This document shows positions 28,878 through 38,205 of a stretch of 64,000 bases of DNA, in pieces. Below the pieces are notes generated by a model. It was not told where the DNA came from. It worked only from the letters and a program-made list of their open reading frames with translations, and made no database searches. The DNA is taken from the sequence record PQ464595.1; one strand, written 5' to 3'. Within the stretch, counting starts at the first letter, position 1. Each line of letters begins with the position of its first letter. The translations under genes were made by a program, and so were the position numbers.

Positions 28878-29456
28878 CTACTTCGAAATTTTCTCTGTTC
28901 TGATAGAGAACAGCCGTTCTATGTCATACATAGTAAGCTGTTTCTTCGTGGCTGTCAAGGAAATTGACCCTAACGTGTCAAGATCGCAGCCATTAATTCC
29001 AGTACTCATAAATTCATCCAGACACTGGAGCATATGAGGTGGAACGTATTCAACAAGTATAGAATGATATTTATCGTTCGTCAAGGCGAAATTCAGCAAG
29101 GTTTGATCTACATCACCAAATCCATCAATTACTGCCTGGGAAACGATAGCTTTAAACCATTCTTGATGATCTTCATCTTCTGGTTTGCCTAAAATAGATG
29201 ATTCAATAACACTCGGTACTGATACCGTGGAACTTATTACTAATCTAAGTTCATGTATAGAGAATCTATTCAAGCTTATATAACGTTTGTTTCGAATCAT
29301 ATCCATCTGCGATGAATGCAAATATGCCATAGCAGATGAATATGTATCAAAAACCTTTCCATTCGTGGAATTTATGATATTCCCACTAGCGGAAAGTAAT
29401 TCTACAAATTGTCCGGTTTTCATATCACGGATTTTGTAGACAACATCTCTAATCAT
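28878..29456 (-). CDS. Hypothetical protein
   Basis: Likely start ATG 29456 overlapping the upstream stop. Confidence 0.6.
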   Translation of the reverse strand: MIRDVVYKIRDMKTGQFVELLSASGNIINSTNGKVFDTYSSAMAYLHSSQMDMIRNKRYISLNRFSIHELRLVISSTVSVPSVIESSILGKPEDEDHQEWFKAIVSQAVIDGFGDVDQTLLNFALTNDKYHSILVEYVPPHMLQCLDEFMSTGINGCDLDTLGSISLTATKKQLTMYDIERLFSIRTEKISK

Positions 29457-29874
29457 AGTAAGTTCGACCAATTGTTATGTGGAAGTCACGATACACTGGT
29501 AAACCTAACTCACGACGAATATCAGATAGTTCAGGACATTCAAAGTTGATTACATAGAAACTTCCACTCTTTTTCTTATCCTTCACTTCTACAATGTTCG
29601 GAAAGAATCGGAATTTGAATTTCTGTTTGTGATACTTCTTCCACAAGTGAATATGCTCGTCATCTGGTTTTTCTCCACGAATAATACTTACGTGAGCACC
29701 CCAGGCTGGCATTTCAAGTTGTATGTGTTTGTCAGTGCGAAGAAAGTACTGATAGTATCGTACCAAATCGTTTGGTAGTTGAAGTACGCACCAGTACTGA
29801 GTTCGCGTTTTCATGTCTTTCCGGTCAGGATCGTATTCAAGATACCCTTCCAGTTCGATATATTCAGTAGTCAT
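29449..29874 (-). CDS. 2H-phosphoesterase family protein
   Basis: Two H-x-[S/T] motifs (AHVSII, FHITIG); start moved to ATG 29874 (GAGG RBS). Confidence 0.75.
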   Translation of the reverse strand: MTTEYIELEGYLEYDPDRKDMKTRTQYWCVLQLPNDLVRYYQYFLRTDKHIQLEMPAWGAHVSIIRGEKPDDEHIHLWKKYHKQKFKFRFFPNIVEVKDKKKSGSFYVINFECPELSDIRRELGLPVYRDFHITIGRTYYD

Positions 29875-29899
29875 GATGCACCTCAAGTTAATTAAACTC

Positions 29900-29928
29900 A
29901 GTGTAGCACATCAAATCGGGTAAGTCAA
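29900..29928 (-). promoter_or_regulatory. Sigma70-type promoter TTGACT-N17-TACACT
   Basis: 17-nt spacing, TG-extended -10, directly upstream of the 2H gene. Confidence 0.65.
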
Positions 29929-29929
29929 A

Positions 29930-30070
29930 TTATAGACCGAAGATTTTTGCTACAGATAGGACAAATCCAGCAGCTACGATAGTGCCTAGAGTTGTGATGA
30001 TAGGGTTAACGGCGAACGATGTTTTGTACATCATTACTAAGCCTAAGAAGTGATTTCGAAGAGTTTTCAT
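29930..30070 (-). CDS. 46-aa membrane protein, absent from the ORF track
   Basis: MKTLRNHFLGLVMMYKTSFAVNPIITTLGTIVAAGFVLSVAKIFGL; AAGGA RBS. Confidence 0.6.
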   Translation of the reverse strand: MKTLRNHFLGLVMMYKTSFAVNPIITTLGTIVAAGFVLSVAKIFGL

Positions 30071-30087
30071 ATTAATTCCTTTTAATA

Positions 30088-30600
30088 TTATATTTCTTTT
30101 ACAGTTTTATAAAAACTTTCTGTACATTTTTTACATATAAACAATTCTTTTATTGTGTCACCCAAAGAAATAAATTGTTTAGATTCAAGAATGTGATTAC
30201 ATTCACCATTATCATTTTCAGATAACCATGTATTCATGCTAATACCATTTTGACCAAAAAATATACTCTGGTCAGAAGAATTCGTGGTAAAAGTGTTGTT
30301 GATATCATTTAACATATTAGTACATTGTTCAATTGAATGTTTTGATGATATAAAAAAATTAATTGACTTACGTTCATAGTTATTATCATCATCATTATCA
30401 ATTTTAATAATTTCATCATTTTTAATGATTTCAAGTTCTAAATCAGAAATAAGATATTTTTCAAAATTTGTGTTAATATGATTAAAAGATGTGAAAAATG
30501 TATCTTTAATTACGTTAATAATATCACTTTCATAAACATCATATTCGCCGTTTGAATCAATTTCTGGAACATCATAATAACATGTGAATTTTACTTTCAT
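30088..30600 (-). CDS. Very AT-rich hypothetical protein with C-terminal C-x-H...C-x-x-C
   Basis: 170-aa ORF; ECNHILE...FICKKC. Confidence 0.6.
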   Translation of the reverse strand: MKVKFTCYYDVPEIDSNGEYDVYESDIINVIKDTFFTSFNHINTNFEKYLISDLELEIIKNDEIIKIDNDDDNNYERKSINFFISSKHSIEQCTNMLNDINNTFTTNSSDQSIFFGQNGISMNTWLSENDNGECNHILESKQFISLGDTIKELFICKKCTESFYKTVKEI

Positions 30601-30621
30601 ATTACATTCAACCTATCAAAT

Positions 30622-30648
30622 AAAAAATCCCCATTAAATGGGGATTTT
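30622..30648 (-). terminator. Intrinsic terminator
   Basis: AAAATCCCC...GGGGATTTT with T-tract. Confidence 0.75.
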
Positions 30649-30661
30649 AATATAAAAAATA

Positions 30662-32176
30662 TTAACCAAGTACTTGATAACGTGGTGCGTCGATTACGCG
30701 GAGCATAACTTTCACTGGATCTACATCCTCACCGCTCAGAATTGCTTCCAACACGCTTGGAGAGAAACCACTTACCAGAGCTACGTTGTTCTGGTCGAAA
30801 CGAACAGGATTGTTACCCGGACGTGCGTTAAGGTTCCAGAAGACGATAGTTGGCAGTTCATAACCCGCTGCTGCGAAGTCTGCTTTCGCAGAGTTGAACG
30901 CCGTAGCGTTCCAACCACCCGCATTGCTTGGGTTGAATTCCATGTCAGACAGAACAATCAAGTTCTTAGGCATCTGGTCTGCTGGTACTTGCTGAGCTTT
31001 CGCTACACGCAGTACTTCACGGAATGCCGCCTGAATGTTAGTGCTACCACCCCAGAACTGACCACTGCGATAGTTCATCAGGTCACGGTACTTAGCAGCA
31101 ATGTTATTACCTTTCAGTTCAAACATTTGTGGCTGAGTACTGAAGTTCAGGAACAAGTTCTTGAACGCACCTTCTTGCTTATCGGCAATGTACAGACCCA
31201 AAGAAATCGCAACGTTCATACAAGTCATGCCTGTAGAACCAGCAGAACAGTTCATTGAAGAACTAGTATCTACCATTGGTATTGCTTTGTTGTCGCCCAT
31301 GAAGTTACGCAACTGTTCCCATTGAGCAACGCCCAAAGTTTCAGCAGCAGAACCGTTACTCAAACGAGTTGTTACATCGTATGGGTACAGAGCACCAGCG
31401 TTTACCTTCACTTCGCCTTTTTCGATTGAAGCCAGGAACTCACGGTAGCGAGCTTCGTCACGCTTCATGAACGCTGGCAGATAACGAGCACTAGCAACTG
31501 ATGGCAGCTTGCTGTATTCGATTTCTTCCCATTCGTTAGCACACATCTTCTGTTCAACAGTGTTGCTCAGAGATGACAGAAGCTTACGATACGCACGTTC
31601 GTTGATGTTCATGGTGGTCATGATCTCACGAGCGATTTTGTTGTTCGCAGCACGGTTTTTGTTCGCTTCGGTGTTCATATCAACAACGCCAGCGGCGTTC
31701 TTCTTGAACTTGTAAACACGAGGCATCCACTTAGCACACAGTGCGTTACCAGTGGTCAACGCTTCTGAGATTGCCTGGTAAGCCAGGGTCTTAGCAGCGG
31801 CAGTTTTGAAGATCAGAAGATCATCCCAACGACCGAAATCTGCCAGTACTGGAATTACACGCAGTACAGCTTCAGGATGCTTAACTTCAAGGTACTTCAG
31901 AAGTTCGCGAGGGGTATTACGTTCACCAGCACCACCACGAATATCACGTGCCCAAAGAATCATCTGGAGAGCAAGCGTAGGGTTCGCCTCGTATGCTGCG
32001 TCAAATGAGTTTTTGTACACGCCGAGATCTTTGCCACGCAAAGAACCGATCATGAAGAACAGATCTACCAGCGGGTTCAGCGTACTTTTCAGTGATGCCG
32101 CACCGTTTGCGGTGGTAGAACGATTTTGTGCTGCTGTTGTGTTAACGTTGTTAACTGCGTTTTTAAATGCTGACAT
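30662..32176 (-). CDS. DUF2828-type TROVE/Ro60-like protein with vWA domain
   Basis: NPLVDLFF, WARDIRGGAGER, FGRWDDL, CAKWMPR, MIDAS VDTSSSM, VLSDMEF, IVFWNL, VSGFSP. Confidence 0.85.
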   Translation of the reverse strand: MSAFKNAVNNVNTTAAQNRSTTANGAASLKSTLNPLVDLFFMIGSLRGKDLGVYKNSFDAAYEANPTLALQMILWARDIRGGAGERNTPRELLKYLEVKHPEAVLRVIPVLADFGRWDDLLIFKTAAAKTLAYQAISEALTTGNALCAKWMPRVYKFKKNAAGVVDMNTEANKNRAANNKIAREIMTTMNINERAYRKLLSSLSNTVEQKMCANEWEEIEYSKLPSVASARYLPAFMKRDEARYREFLASIEKGEVKVNAGALYPYDVTTRLSNGSAAETLGVAQWEQLRNFMGDNKAIPMVDTSSSMNCSAGSTGMTCMNVAISLGLYIADKQEGAFKNLFLNFSTQPQMFELKGNNIAAKYRDLMNYRSGQFWGGSTNIQAAFREVLRVAKAQQVPADQMPKNLIVLSDMEFNPSNAGGWNATAFNSAKADFAAAGYELPTIVFWNLNARPGNNPVRFDQNNVALVSGFSPSVLEAILSGEDVDPVKVMLRVIDAPRYQVLG

Positions 32177-32237
32177 TATACTTTCCTTCTCAGAAATGGT
32201 TAAATTTAATTTGTTGACTCACTTCTCTAACTTTTGG

Positions 32238-32528
32238 TTAGTCGTCATAGTCCGAATCAGGAGCACGTTCACCTGGCAACTCCAATGTATGGAACATACC
32301 AAATGCGGCTTCGACTGCTTTACCCGTTTTGCGATGATAAGCGTACACTGAATCCGTTTTATAATTTGATTCGTCATGCATCACTTCATCAACCCAAATA
32401 TGGCTTTCGGTCAAATGAACAACTTCGGTTTCATCACCTTGGGTAATAAAACCAGCACCATGAAAGAAACGATTAACTTTATCGCCGACCTTCAATGATG
32501 CCAAATACTCTTGCTTAGTCATAAGCAT
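32238..32528 (-). CDS. Hypothetical protein
   Basis: 96-aa ORF with GAGGA RBS behind a class B promoter. Confidence 0.65.
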   Translation of the reverse strand: MLMTKQEYLASLKVGDKVNRFFHGAGFITQGDETEVVHLTESHIWVDEVMHDESNYKTDSVYAYHRKTGKAVEAAFGMFHTLELPGERAPDSDYDD

Positions 32529-32544
32529 CCTCTTAATGATTTAC

Positions 32545-32574
32545 ATTATACCAGATTTTGCTGGGCTGTTTCAA
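32545..32574 (-). promoter_or_regulatory. Class B promoter: TGAAAC-N17-TATAAT
   Basis: CTGGTATAAT -10; TGAAAC 17 nt upstream (alternatively TTGAAA at 18 nt). Confidence 0.65.
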
Positions 32575-32586
32575 ATTTTTTCGATT

Positions 32587-32611
32587 AAAAAGGCAACTTT
32601 TTCAGTTGCCT
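32587..32611 (-). terminator. Intrinsic terminator
   Basis: AGGCAACT...AGTTGCCT-TTTT. Confidence 0.75.
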
Positions 32612-32616
32612 ACATT

Positions 32617-32820
32617 TTAGAAGGTTTTACATTCTGGCCTGAAAGGTATCATAGCACGGTCAGTACTGAAAGCAAATGGATTTGCTACTTTTTCATTTGC
32701 GATATTATTCACCATGTAATCTTTTACCTGATTACAAACTTCAGGCGATGGCATAGGAACTACCTGAATAGCACTATTACCACCATATGACATTACGACA
32801 TAAAACAAGAATGTTGCCAT
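32617..32820 (-). CDS. Small hypothetical protein, hydrophobic N-terminus
   Basis: 67 aa, two Cys. Confidence 0.55.
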   Translation of the reverse strand: MATFLFYVVMSYGGNSAIQVVPMPSPEVCNQVKDYMVNNIANEKVANPFAFSTDRAMIPFRPECKTF

Positions 32821-32823
32821 ATT

Positions 32824-34089
32824 TTAATCCTCCACTTTCAGAAGATATTTGTTGTTGATGACTTTGAAGTGGATAGTTTGACCATTCACTTTTACAGTAC
32901 TTTTGTACACGTCACCTTCACAAATCGGAGCTACGATACTCGCATGATCCGCTGAATCAAGTGCTTCTTTAATGGAATTGTATACATCGAAGAAGTATAC
33001 AATCTCACCCTGCGGAGCTACTGTCAGACCCAGGATGCGAGTCAGTTCGATGAAATCCGCATCATCAAGGAAGTTCTGAGCATCAATATCCCATACGCGG
33101 AATGCGTAGAACTGATGTTCTTCCAGTTGTTCGATGTTGCCCTGGATACCTGGACCCATACATTCGCCCTGAATAGCAAGCTGGCGGTTGTTATCGGTAC
33201 AGTACTTACGCAGACTTTCAATAATGTCGTCTTTCAGTGCTGCTTTCCAGAATGCCGCACTTTCATCGAACTTCAGTGCGAGGTTACGTGAACACACGAT
33301 ACCCTGACCATCTTCCCACTGGAACGGGTAAGGAATGACTTCTGCGACTTCCAGCGTCTGAGTTTCCTCATTGAACACTTTCAGATCATCATCAATCTTC
33401 TCTACGAAGAAGTCAGGATTGCTTACGAAAGCAATAGTCTGACTTGAACCTTCCAGTTTCAGAGATTTACGGAACGGTACGCCTTTCATAGTCTGACTGA
33501 ACTTACCGAATACGTTCTGAATACGATCTTCATCAGTTTTCGGAATGAAGATTGGGAAGTTCCCAGCAGTCTTCACACGACCAGCACCAGTACCGCCATT
33601 ACGTTCATCAGGACGTTCGTACTTAGTCACGTTGATGAATTGTTCCAGACCCTGACGGTTATCTTCCAGGTCAGCAAGAATTTCTACTGAATTGGACAGT
33701 ACTTCACTTGCTGACGGAGCCAGGAAGTAACGAACATTCGGGTTCAGTTCGTAGAAGATTTCATAGAACGCCGCAATCGGCAGAGCAAGACCTTGAGAAA
33801 TTTGCCCACGAAGTTTGATCGTGCGGAGGCGAATACGCTCTACACCGTTTTCATCAGTTTTAGTACCTTTTCCAGCAAGGAAAGCGAAACGACCGTCATT
33901 CGCAGGAAGGAATGAGTCAATTTCAAAGAACATGCAGTAGTCACCTACCGCAAATTCACCTTTCTTAATAACTACGTTCCAGCCGTCGATGGTTGCTACT
34001 TCGATAGCATCAGCATTCGGAATTGGATTGATCGCGTTTATTTTGCGAACAGTTACCAGACGACGACCTTCAGTTACGAGTTCAGCCAT
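32824..34089 (-). CDS. RNA ligase, Rnl2-type with N-terminal OB/tRNA-binding-like domain (DRB0094-like)
   Basis: IPNADAIEVA...GWNVV, RGQISQGL, FIPKTDEDRIQN, motif I KLEGSS, AIQGECMGPGIQGN, EGDVYK, FKVINNKYLL. Confidence 0.9.
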   Translation of the reverse strand: MAELVTEGRRLVTVRKINAINPIPNADAIEVATIDGWNVVIKKGEFAVGDYCMFFEIDSFLPANDGRFAFLAGKGTKTDENGVERIRLRTIKLRGQISQGLALPIAAFYEIFYELNPNVRYFLAPSASEVLSNSVEILADLEDNRQGLEQFINVTKYERPDERNGGTGAGRVKTAGNFPIFIPKTDEDRIQNVFGKFSQTMKGVPFRKSLKLEGSSQTIAFVSNPDFFVEKIDDDLKVFNEETQTLEVAEVIPYPFQWEDGQGIVCSRNLALKFDESAAFWKAALKDDIIESLRKYCTDNNRQLAIQGECMGPGIQGNIEQLEEHQFYAFRVWDIDAQNFLDDADFIELTRILGLTVAPQGEIVYFFDVYNSIKEALDSADHASIVAPICEGDVYKSTVKVNGQTIHFKVINNKYLLKVED

Positions 34090-34124
34090 TTTTCTTTTCT
34101 CTCTTTGTTTGATTAAGTGTGAGC

Positions 34125-34153
34125 ATTATAGCTAATACTCACGCCCCTGTCAA
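34125..34153 (-). promoter_or_regulatory. Consensus sigma70 promoter TTGACA-N17-TATAAT
   Basis: Perfect consensus upstream of the RNA ligase. Confidence 0.85.
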
Positions 34154-34728
34154 GCATTCGGTAGACAAAAATCAATATAATTTTGTTCTGAATCCGTTGC
34201 TGAGTATAACGTATTTTTAACATTCGTGAACAGATTTTCTACCAAGAATGGACAACCTTCATGGTTACGATAATTGAACACAACCTGATTAACATGATTG
34301 GTAAAGCACACATCAGCGTACAGAATGTTTTTCAATTCAGTACCTTCAGGCCAATACGCATCGTAGTACTTGTCTTCGTACTTAATAGCACAATGACAGA
34401 AAATATCAGGCAGAGTATAGCCAGTGAATGCTGAACGTTCGTCGGCTTCCCATAAACCAACAATTTCAACTTCAGTTTTATGAACATCCATCATATAGGA
34501 TTGAACAAATAACGCAGTTGGTAAACAGATACCAGTACCTAACTGATTACGACCACTACACACGTTCATATCGAACAGAACACGATTCAATTTACGTGAA
34601 CGTATTAGATGTGGATAGTTAGTTTCTAACCAGTTACGATGATTAGCATCATGTGCTGGCTTGAATACTTTCAAATGTTCTGCGATTAATGCGTTGTAAG
34701 CTGTACCGATACTTTCTGAAATGTTCAT
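34150..34728 (-). CDS. Hypothetical protein
   Basis: 192-aa ORF; C...HC..K...YYDA could be a transglutaminase-like triad (weak). Confidence 0.6.
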   Translation of the reverse strand: MNISESIGTAYNALIAEHLKVFKPAHDANHRNWLETNYPHLIRSRKLNRVLFDMNVCSGRNQLGTGICLPTALFVQSYMMDVHKTEVEIVGLWEADERSAFTGYTLPDIFCHCAIKYEDKYYDAYWPEGTELKNILYADVCFTNHVNQVVFNYRNHEGCPFLVENLFTNVKNTLYSATDSEQNYIDFCLPNA

Positions 34729-34736
34729 AACGTACC

Positions 34737-35060
34737 TTAGTATTTGGTTGGTAAATCTTCGAGTTTAACATCTAATCCATATTTTTCATTGAATTGCTCG
34801 ACGTTCTGAAAAACACGAGAAGCAATTACTTTATTACGGATTCGTGAACGATGATTACGTGAAGTAATCTCAATTGGAACATTAACCATTTTGCTGAAAC
34901 CGTTACGGCGATAAGCACGTTCTGGTACTTCAACTTTATGATATTTTGAACTTCGTTTGAAGTACTGGAAAGATGGATCTCGATGAAGAAGATACAGTAG
35001 CTTATTCTTCGTCCAGAATGTCATCTTCGCTTTGTTGCGATTGATCAGTTTTCTTTTCAT
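34737..35060 (-). CDS. Basic hypothetical protein
   Basis: 107-aa K/R-rich ORF. Confidence 0.55.
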   Translation of the reverse strand: MKRKLINRNKAKMTFWTKNKLLYLLHRDPSFQYFKRSSKYHKVEVPERAYRRNGFSKMVNVPIEITSRNHRSRIRNKVIASRVFQNVEQFNEKYGLDVKLEDLPTKY

Positions 35061-35193
35061 GTTCTTTTATCTTCTTACGTAGAGTTGAACTACTGGAGAA
35101 TCCAGGCTTAGCCTGGAATTCTTCTTTGCGTTCCTCATATTCCTTATTAAAGGATTTGAGGATTTTCTTTGCGTGTTTTTTGAAATCAGTCAT
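35002..35193 (-). CDS. Small charged hypothetical protein
   Basis: 63-aa ORF. Confidence 0.5.
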   Translation of the reverse strand: MTDFKKHAKKILKSFNKEYEERKEEFQAKPGFSSSSTLRKKIKEHEKKTDQSQQSEDDILDEE

Positions 35194-35302
35194 GGGTGAA
35201 TACCAGATACCCTGCTATTAACCAGACACCCCAAAGATCTAAATCCATGAAATATCCACCAGCACCGACAGCCAATAAACCTAAAGATAACCAAGTTTTC
35301 AT
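35186..35302 (-). CDS. 38-aa membrane protein, absent from the ORF track
   Basis: MKTWLSLGLLAVGAGGYFMDLDLWGVWLIAGYLVFTHD; fills the gap between operonic genes. Confidence 0.6.
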   Translation of the reverse strand: MKTWLSLGLLAVGAGGYFMDLDLWGVWLIAGYLVFTHD

Positions 35303-35304
35303 TT

Positions 35305-35640
35305 TCACGGTGCTATTCCCACATCATACATGTCTTCGTAAACAATACCGTCATCATCAGTGACTAGGCTAACTACCCAATCTTTGTATTTCTGAGATGC
35401 TTCACCAGTTACGAAACGAAGTTCAGTATGACCATTATCCCATGATGCTAAAGATACAATAACTGGAGTATCATTTAGAATACGTGCCGCTTGGTCGAGA
35501 ACCCAATCTTTATGAGGGGAACCATCAATACCACCGTACATACCAATGAAGATAAGAGCCAGTACTGAAGATGGAGCACCATAGAATGGGTTCAGTTCTG
35601 AATCGTTGGTTACATCTACTTCGCCTAAGTATCCGTTCAT
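35305..35640 (-). CDS. Conserved phage hypothetical protein
   Basis: YGGIDGSPHKDWVLDQAARIL motif. Confidence 0.65.
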   Translation of the reverse strand: MNGYLGEVDVTNDSELNPFYGAPSSVLALIFIGMYGGIDGSPHKDWVLDQAARILNDTPVIVSLASWDNGHTELRFVTGEASQKYKDWVVSLVTDDDGIVYEDMYDVGIAP

Positions 35641-35641
35641 T

Positions 35642-36172
35642 TTATTTTCCGTGTAATGGTTTATTGCTTTGGAAATAATAAGTCTTCTCTGGAGTTTCCA
35701 GAGTGAAACTTTTCTGGCACAGAGTTTCTGCCAGTTTAAATGCTAATGCCTTGGCTTCGTCTAGAAGCTGGTCATTCGATTTAGGAAATCGCGGATAACA
35801 TATAACACGAGCAGTAATACCAGATTCTTTACCACCAGTATAGACATAATCACACGCACTAATTTGGTAGCAGGCTCCCTGTTCGAAAGTGAATTCGCGA
35901 GCCGTTTGAATTGCCGTATCATAATCACCTGCCATATGGATAGTCACGTATGACGTATCACATGAGTTTACTTCTTTGTAGAATTCATGTTCTACTTTTT
36001 GCTTCAGGGAAAGACGCTGGAACATTACTGCGAACCATGTAGAAAGTTCATCAAGTTCCATTTCAGTTAAAGTACTTTGTACTTCAATCAGAAGTGGAGA
36101 GCTACGACGATACCATTCTTCTAACGTATAACAATCCTGGTACAATTTTTCAAAATCACTACGAGTTACCAT
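35642..36172 (-). CDS. Conserved phage hypothetical protein
   Basis: YVYTGGKESG...YPRFP motif. Confidence 0.65.
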   Translation of the reverse strand: MVTRSDFEKLYQDCYTLEEWYRRSSPLLIEVQSTLTEMELDELSTWFAVMFQRLSLKQKVEHEFYKEVNSCDTSYVTIHMAGDYDTAIQTAREFTFEQGACYQISACDYVYTGGKESGITARVICYPRFPKSNDQLLDEAKALAFKLAETLCQKSFTLETPEKTYYFQSNKPLHGK

Positions 36173-36764
36173 TTGATACCTTTATTGGGGTTAAGTGTAA
36201 TACTGGTTCAGCTAAACGTTCTTCTAGGTCAACAATCCGCAAGAAGGTATATGGGCTGATAGTATAATGATCGCTGTCAAAACAAATATGCCTGTTATGA
36301 ACTGAACGATACAAACGACCATAGGCGTAGTATTTGTTCGAAATCCATAGTTCATCACCATTGGCAAAGTCCAATGTACAATGACCGATTTTGGCTTCGA
36401 GATCACCAGCTTCATAAGCCAGAATCAGACGAAGAATATAACGGTCAGCACGATCAAGAATTTCACGATTTTTGTGTTTTTCTTGATACTCTTTCCATGC
36501 AATAGGATACTGACGTTTCAGATAGTCAAAGTGCTGGTCAGAAGTCATTACAACTTCGGGAATAGTCTCTGTAACCAATTCCCCAGGAACTAAACCATGA
36601 TCAACAGAACGTAGCCGTGCGAGTTCAGCTTGTGCTTCAGCAATCTTTTTAATTGCCTTTGAGCTACGAGCAGATGAAATTTGAGTGTTCAACAACCACC
36701 CTAATACTCCAACAATAACGTGAGAAGCAGCAATTCCAATAACACCTACAGTTGAGATAATCAT
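36159..36764 (-). CDS. Membrane-anchored hypothetical protein (paralog of 36761..37270)
   Basis: N-terminal TM; RLILAYEAGD...YYAYGRL...ISPYTFLRI. Confidence 0.6.
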   Translation of the reverse strand: MIISTVGVIGIAASHVIVGVLGWLLNTQISSARSSKAIKKIAEAQAELARLRSVDHGLVPGELVTETIPEVVMTSDQHFDYLKRQYPIAWKEYQEKHKNREILDRADRYILRLILAYEAGDLEAKIGHCTLDFANGDELWISNKYYAYGRLYRSVHNRHICFDSDHYTISPYTFLRIVDLEERLAEPVLHLTPIKVSNGNS

Positions 36765-37270
36765 GATAAATGTACTTCCTCGTTCTTACGCTTACGGGTG
36801 AAGAAACCATGACGCACAGGTTTTTCTCGTTCTTCCATCAGTACTGAACGTATTTCCATGAGTTTTACCCATGCTTCAGTACTGATTGCTTTACGACCTT
36901 TTTTCAGATTTAAAATGTTCTGATGATAATGAGCTACGTGTAATGGTTCATCTGCCATCCAACCAAAGCAATAATGTTCGGGTTGGTCAACCTGTACGTA
37001 TATACGTTGAGCATCGTACTGAACACTAGAAGTACCATGTTGAAGTACTTTAGTGAACAACAGATTGTCGTTATACTTGCTCAATTGAACAGTGAATTCA
37101 CCATTCTCATAACGCTCAAGTACACGCAGAAGACGTTCACTTTCAGCCTTATCTTTGCGACCATGAAGTTGAAAACGTTGAGCACGGATACCGAACCAAC
37201 CTGCTAAGGATGCTTCAGTTATGAACCAACCAGCACTGATGCCAGTCATGATTGAAAATCCAATCCACAT
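36761..37270 (-). CDS. Membrane-anchored hypothetical protein
   Basis: N-terminal TM; RVLERYENGE...HYCFGWM...ISTEAWVKL. Confidence 0.6.
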   Translation of the reverse strand: MWIGFSIMTGISAGWFITEASLAGWFGIRAQRFQLHGRKDKAESERLLRVLERYENGEFTVQLSKYNDNLLFTKVLQHGTSSVQYDAQRIYVQVDQPEHYCFGWMADEPLHVAHYHQNILNLKKGRKAISTEAWVKLMEIRSVLMEEREKPVRHGFFTRKRKNEEVHLS

Positions 37271-37300
37271 TTTTGTCTCTCCATTAATAAGATAAGGCTA

Positions 37301-37329
37301 ATTCTATCAGCCCTCGTCGGCCTTGTCAA
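37301..37329 (-). promoter_or_regulatory. Sigma70 promoter TTGACA-N17-TAGAAT
   Basis: Overlaps the tdk 3' end. Confidence 0.75.
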
Positions 37330-37894
37330 GCCGTTCTTTTTGAAATTTTCGGTAGCAGTGGCGGCACATACTTTGATATACATCGTTACCACCAATCAAT
37401 ACTTGTTCAGTACTTTCAACTAACCGAGCATTGAAGATAGCCTTTTTGCCACAATGACAGATAGTTTTCATTTCTTCAATACTGTCAGCAATTTCAAGAA
37501 GACGTTTTGAACCACTAAACAATTTAGATTCAAAATCAGTCTTGATTCCGTAGCATAGTACTGGAACATTTAAATCATCTGCTATTATTCCTAAAATGTC
37601 AACCTGTTCTTCTGAAAGAAATTGACATTCGTCAATAAAAACTGCTTTAACATCATTAGCAAAAATATCGTATAATGCTTGATTGAGTACAGTTAAATCA
37701 TCTTTAGGAATGATAATCGCATCAGCATCTATACCAATTCTAGAGGTTACTTTTCCGGTTCCATACCTATCATCTAAAGCAGATGTGAATATAAGTACGT
37801 TGTAATTACGTTCCTTGTAGTTATATGCTGCCTGTAGAAGTGCTGTACTTTTACCTGCTGACATTACGGAATGTCTGAAATAAATCTTCGCCAT
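37307..37894 (-). CDS. tdk: Thymidine kinase
   Basis: SVMSAGKSTALLQ, VTSRIG, FIDECQFL, YGIKTDF, CHCGKKA, YQSMCRHC. Confidence 0.96.
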   Translation of the reverse strand: MAKIYFRHSVMSAGKSTALLQAAYNYKERNYNVLIFTSALDDRYGTGKVTSRIGIDADAIIIPKDDLTVLNQALYDIFANDVKAVFIDECQFLSEEQVDILGIIADDLNVPVLCYGIKTDFESKLFSGSKRLLEIADSIEEMKTICHCGKKAIFNARLVESTEQVLIGGNDVYQSMCRHCYRKFQKERLDKADEG

Positions 37895-37905
37895 AGTAAA
37901 TCCTT

Positions 37906-38205
37906 TTACTTTAGTTGAATATGTGTAACTTTAACTGTTCCATATGAATCTGGAGAGTTAACCATTTTTATCTTACCTTTCTTGATAAGACGTTTTAAAT
38001 CTGGATCATGTTTAGTCTGTAAGCAGTACTTACGATTAACACAAAAACTAAATCCAGCTTTAAGGACTTCTAGAATTAAAGCCCTACGTTCTTTTCCATA
38101 ACTCATGTCACGAATTTGCCAGTACTTTCTCAGTAATGGGGTTGGGTTTTGATTTTCATCACGCAGCAACCCATCTGGAGTACTTACGTATGCTCGTAAT
38201 GCCAT
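37906..38205 (-). CDS. Basic hypothetical protein
   Basis: 99 aa, TAATG-coupled. Confidence 0.6.
   Translation of the reverse strand: MALRAYVSTPDGLLRDENQNPTPLLRKYWQIRDMSYGKERRALILEVLKAGFSFCVNRKYCLQTKHDPDLKRLIKKGKIKMVNSPDSYGTVKVTHIQLK

Noticed and set aside
30674-32351. Long plus-strand ORFs (30674..31258, 31806..32351)
   Set aside because: Antisense shadows of the codon-biased TROVE-like gene; no RBS or motifs.
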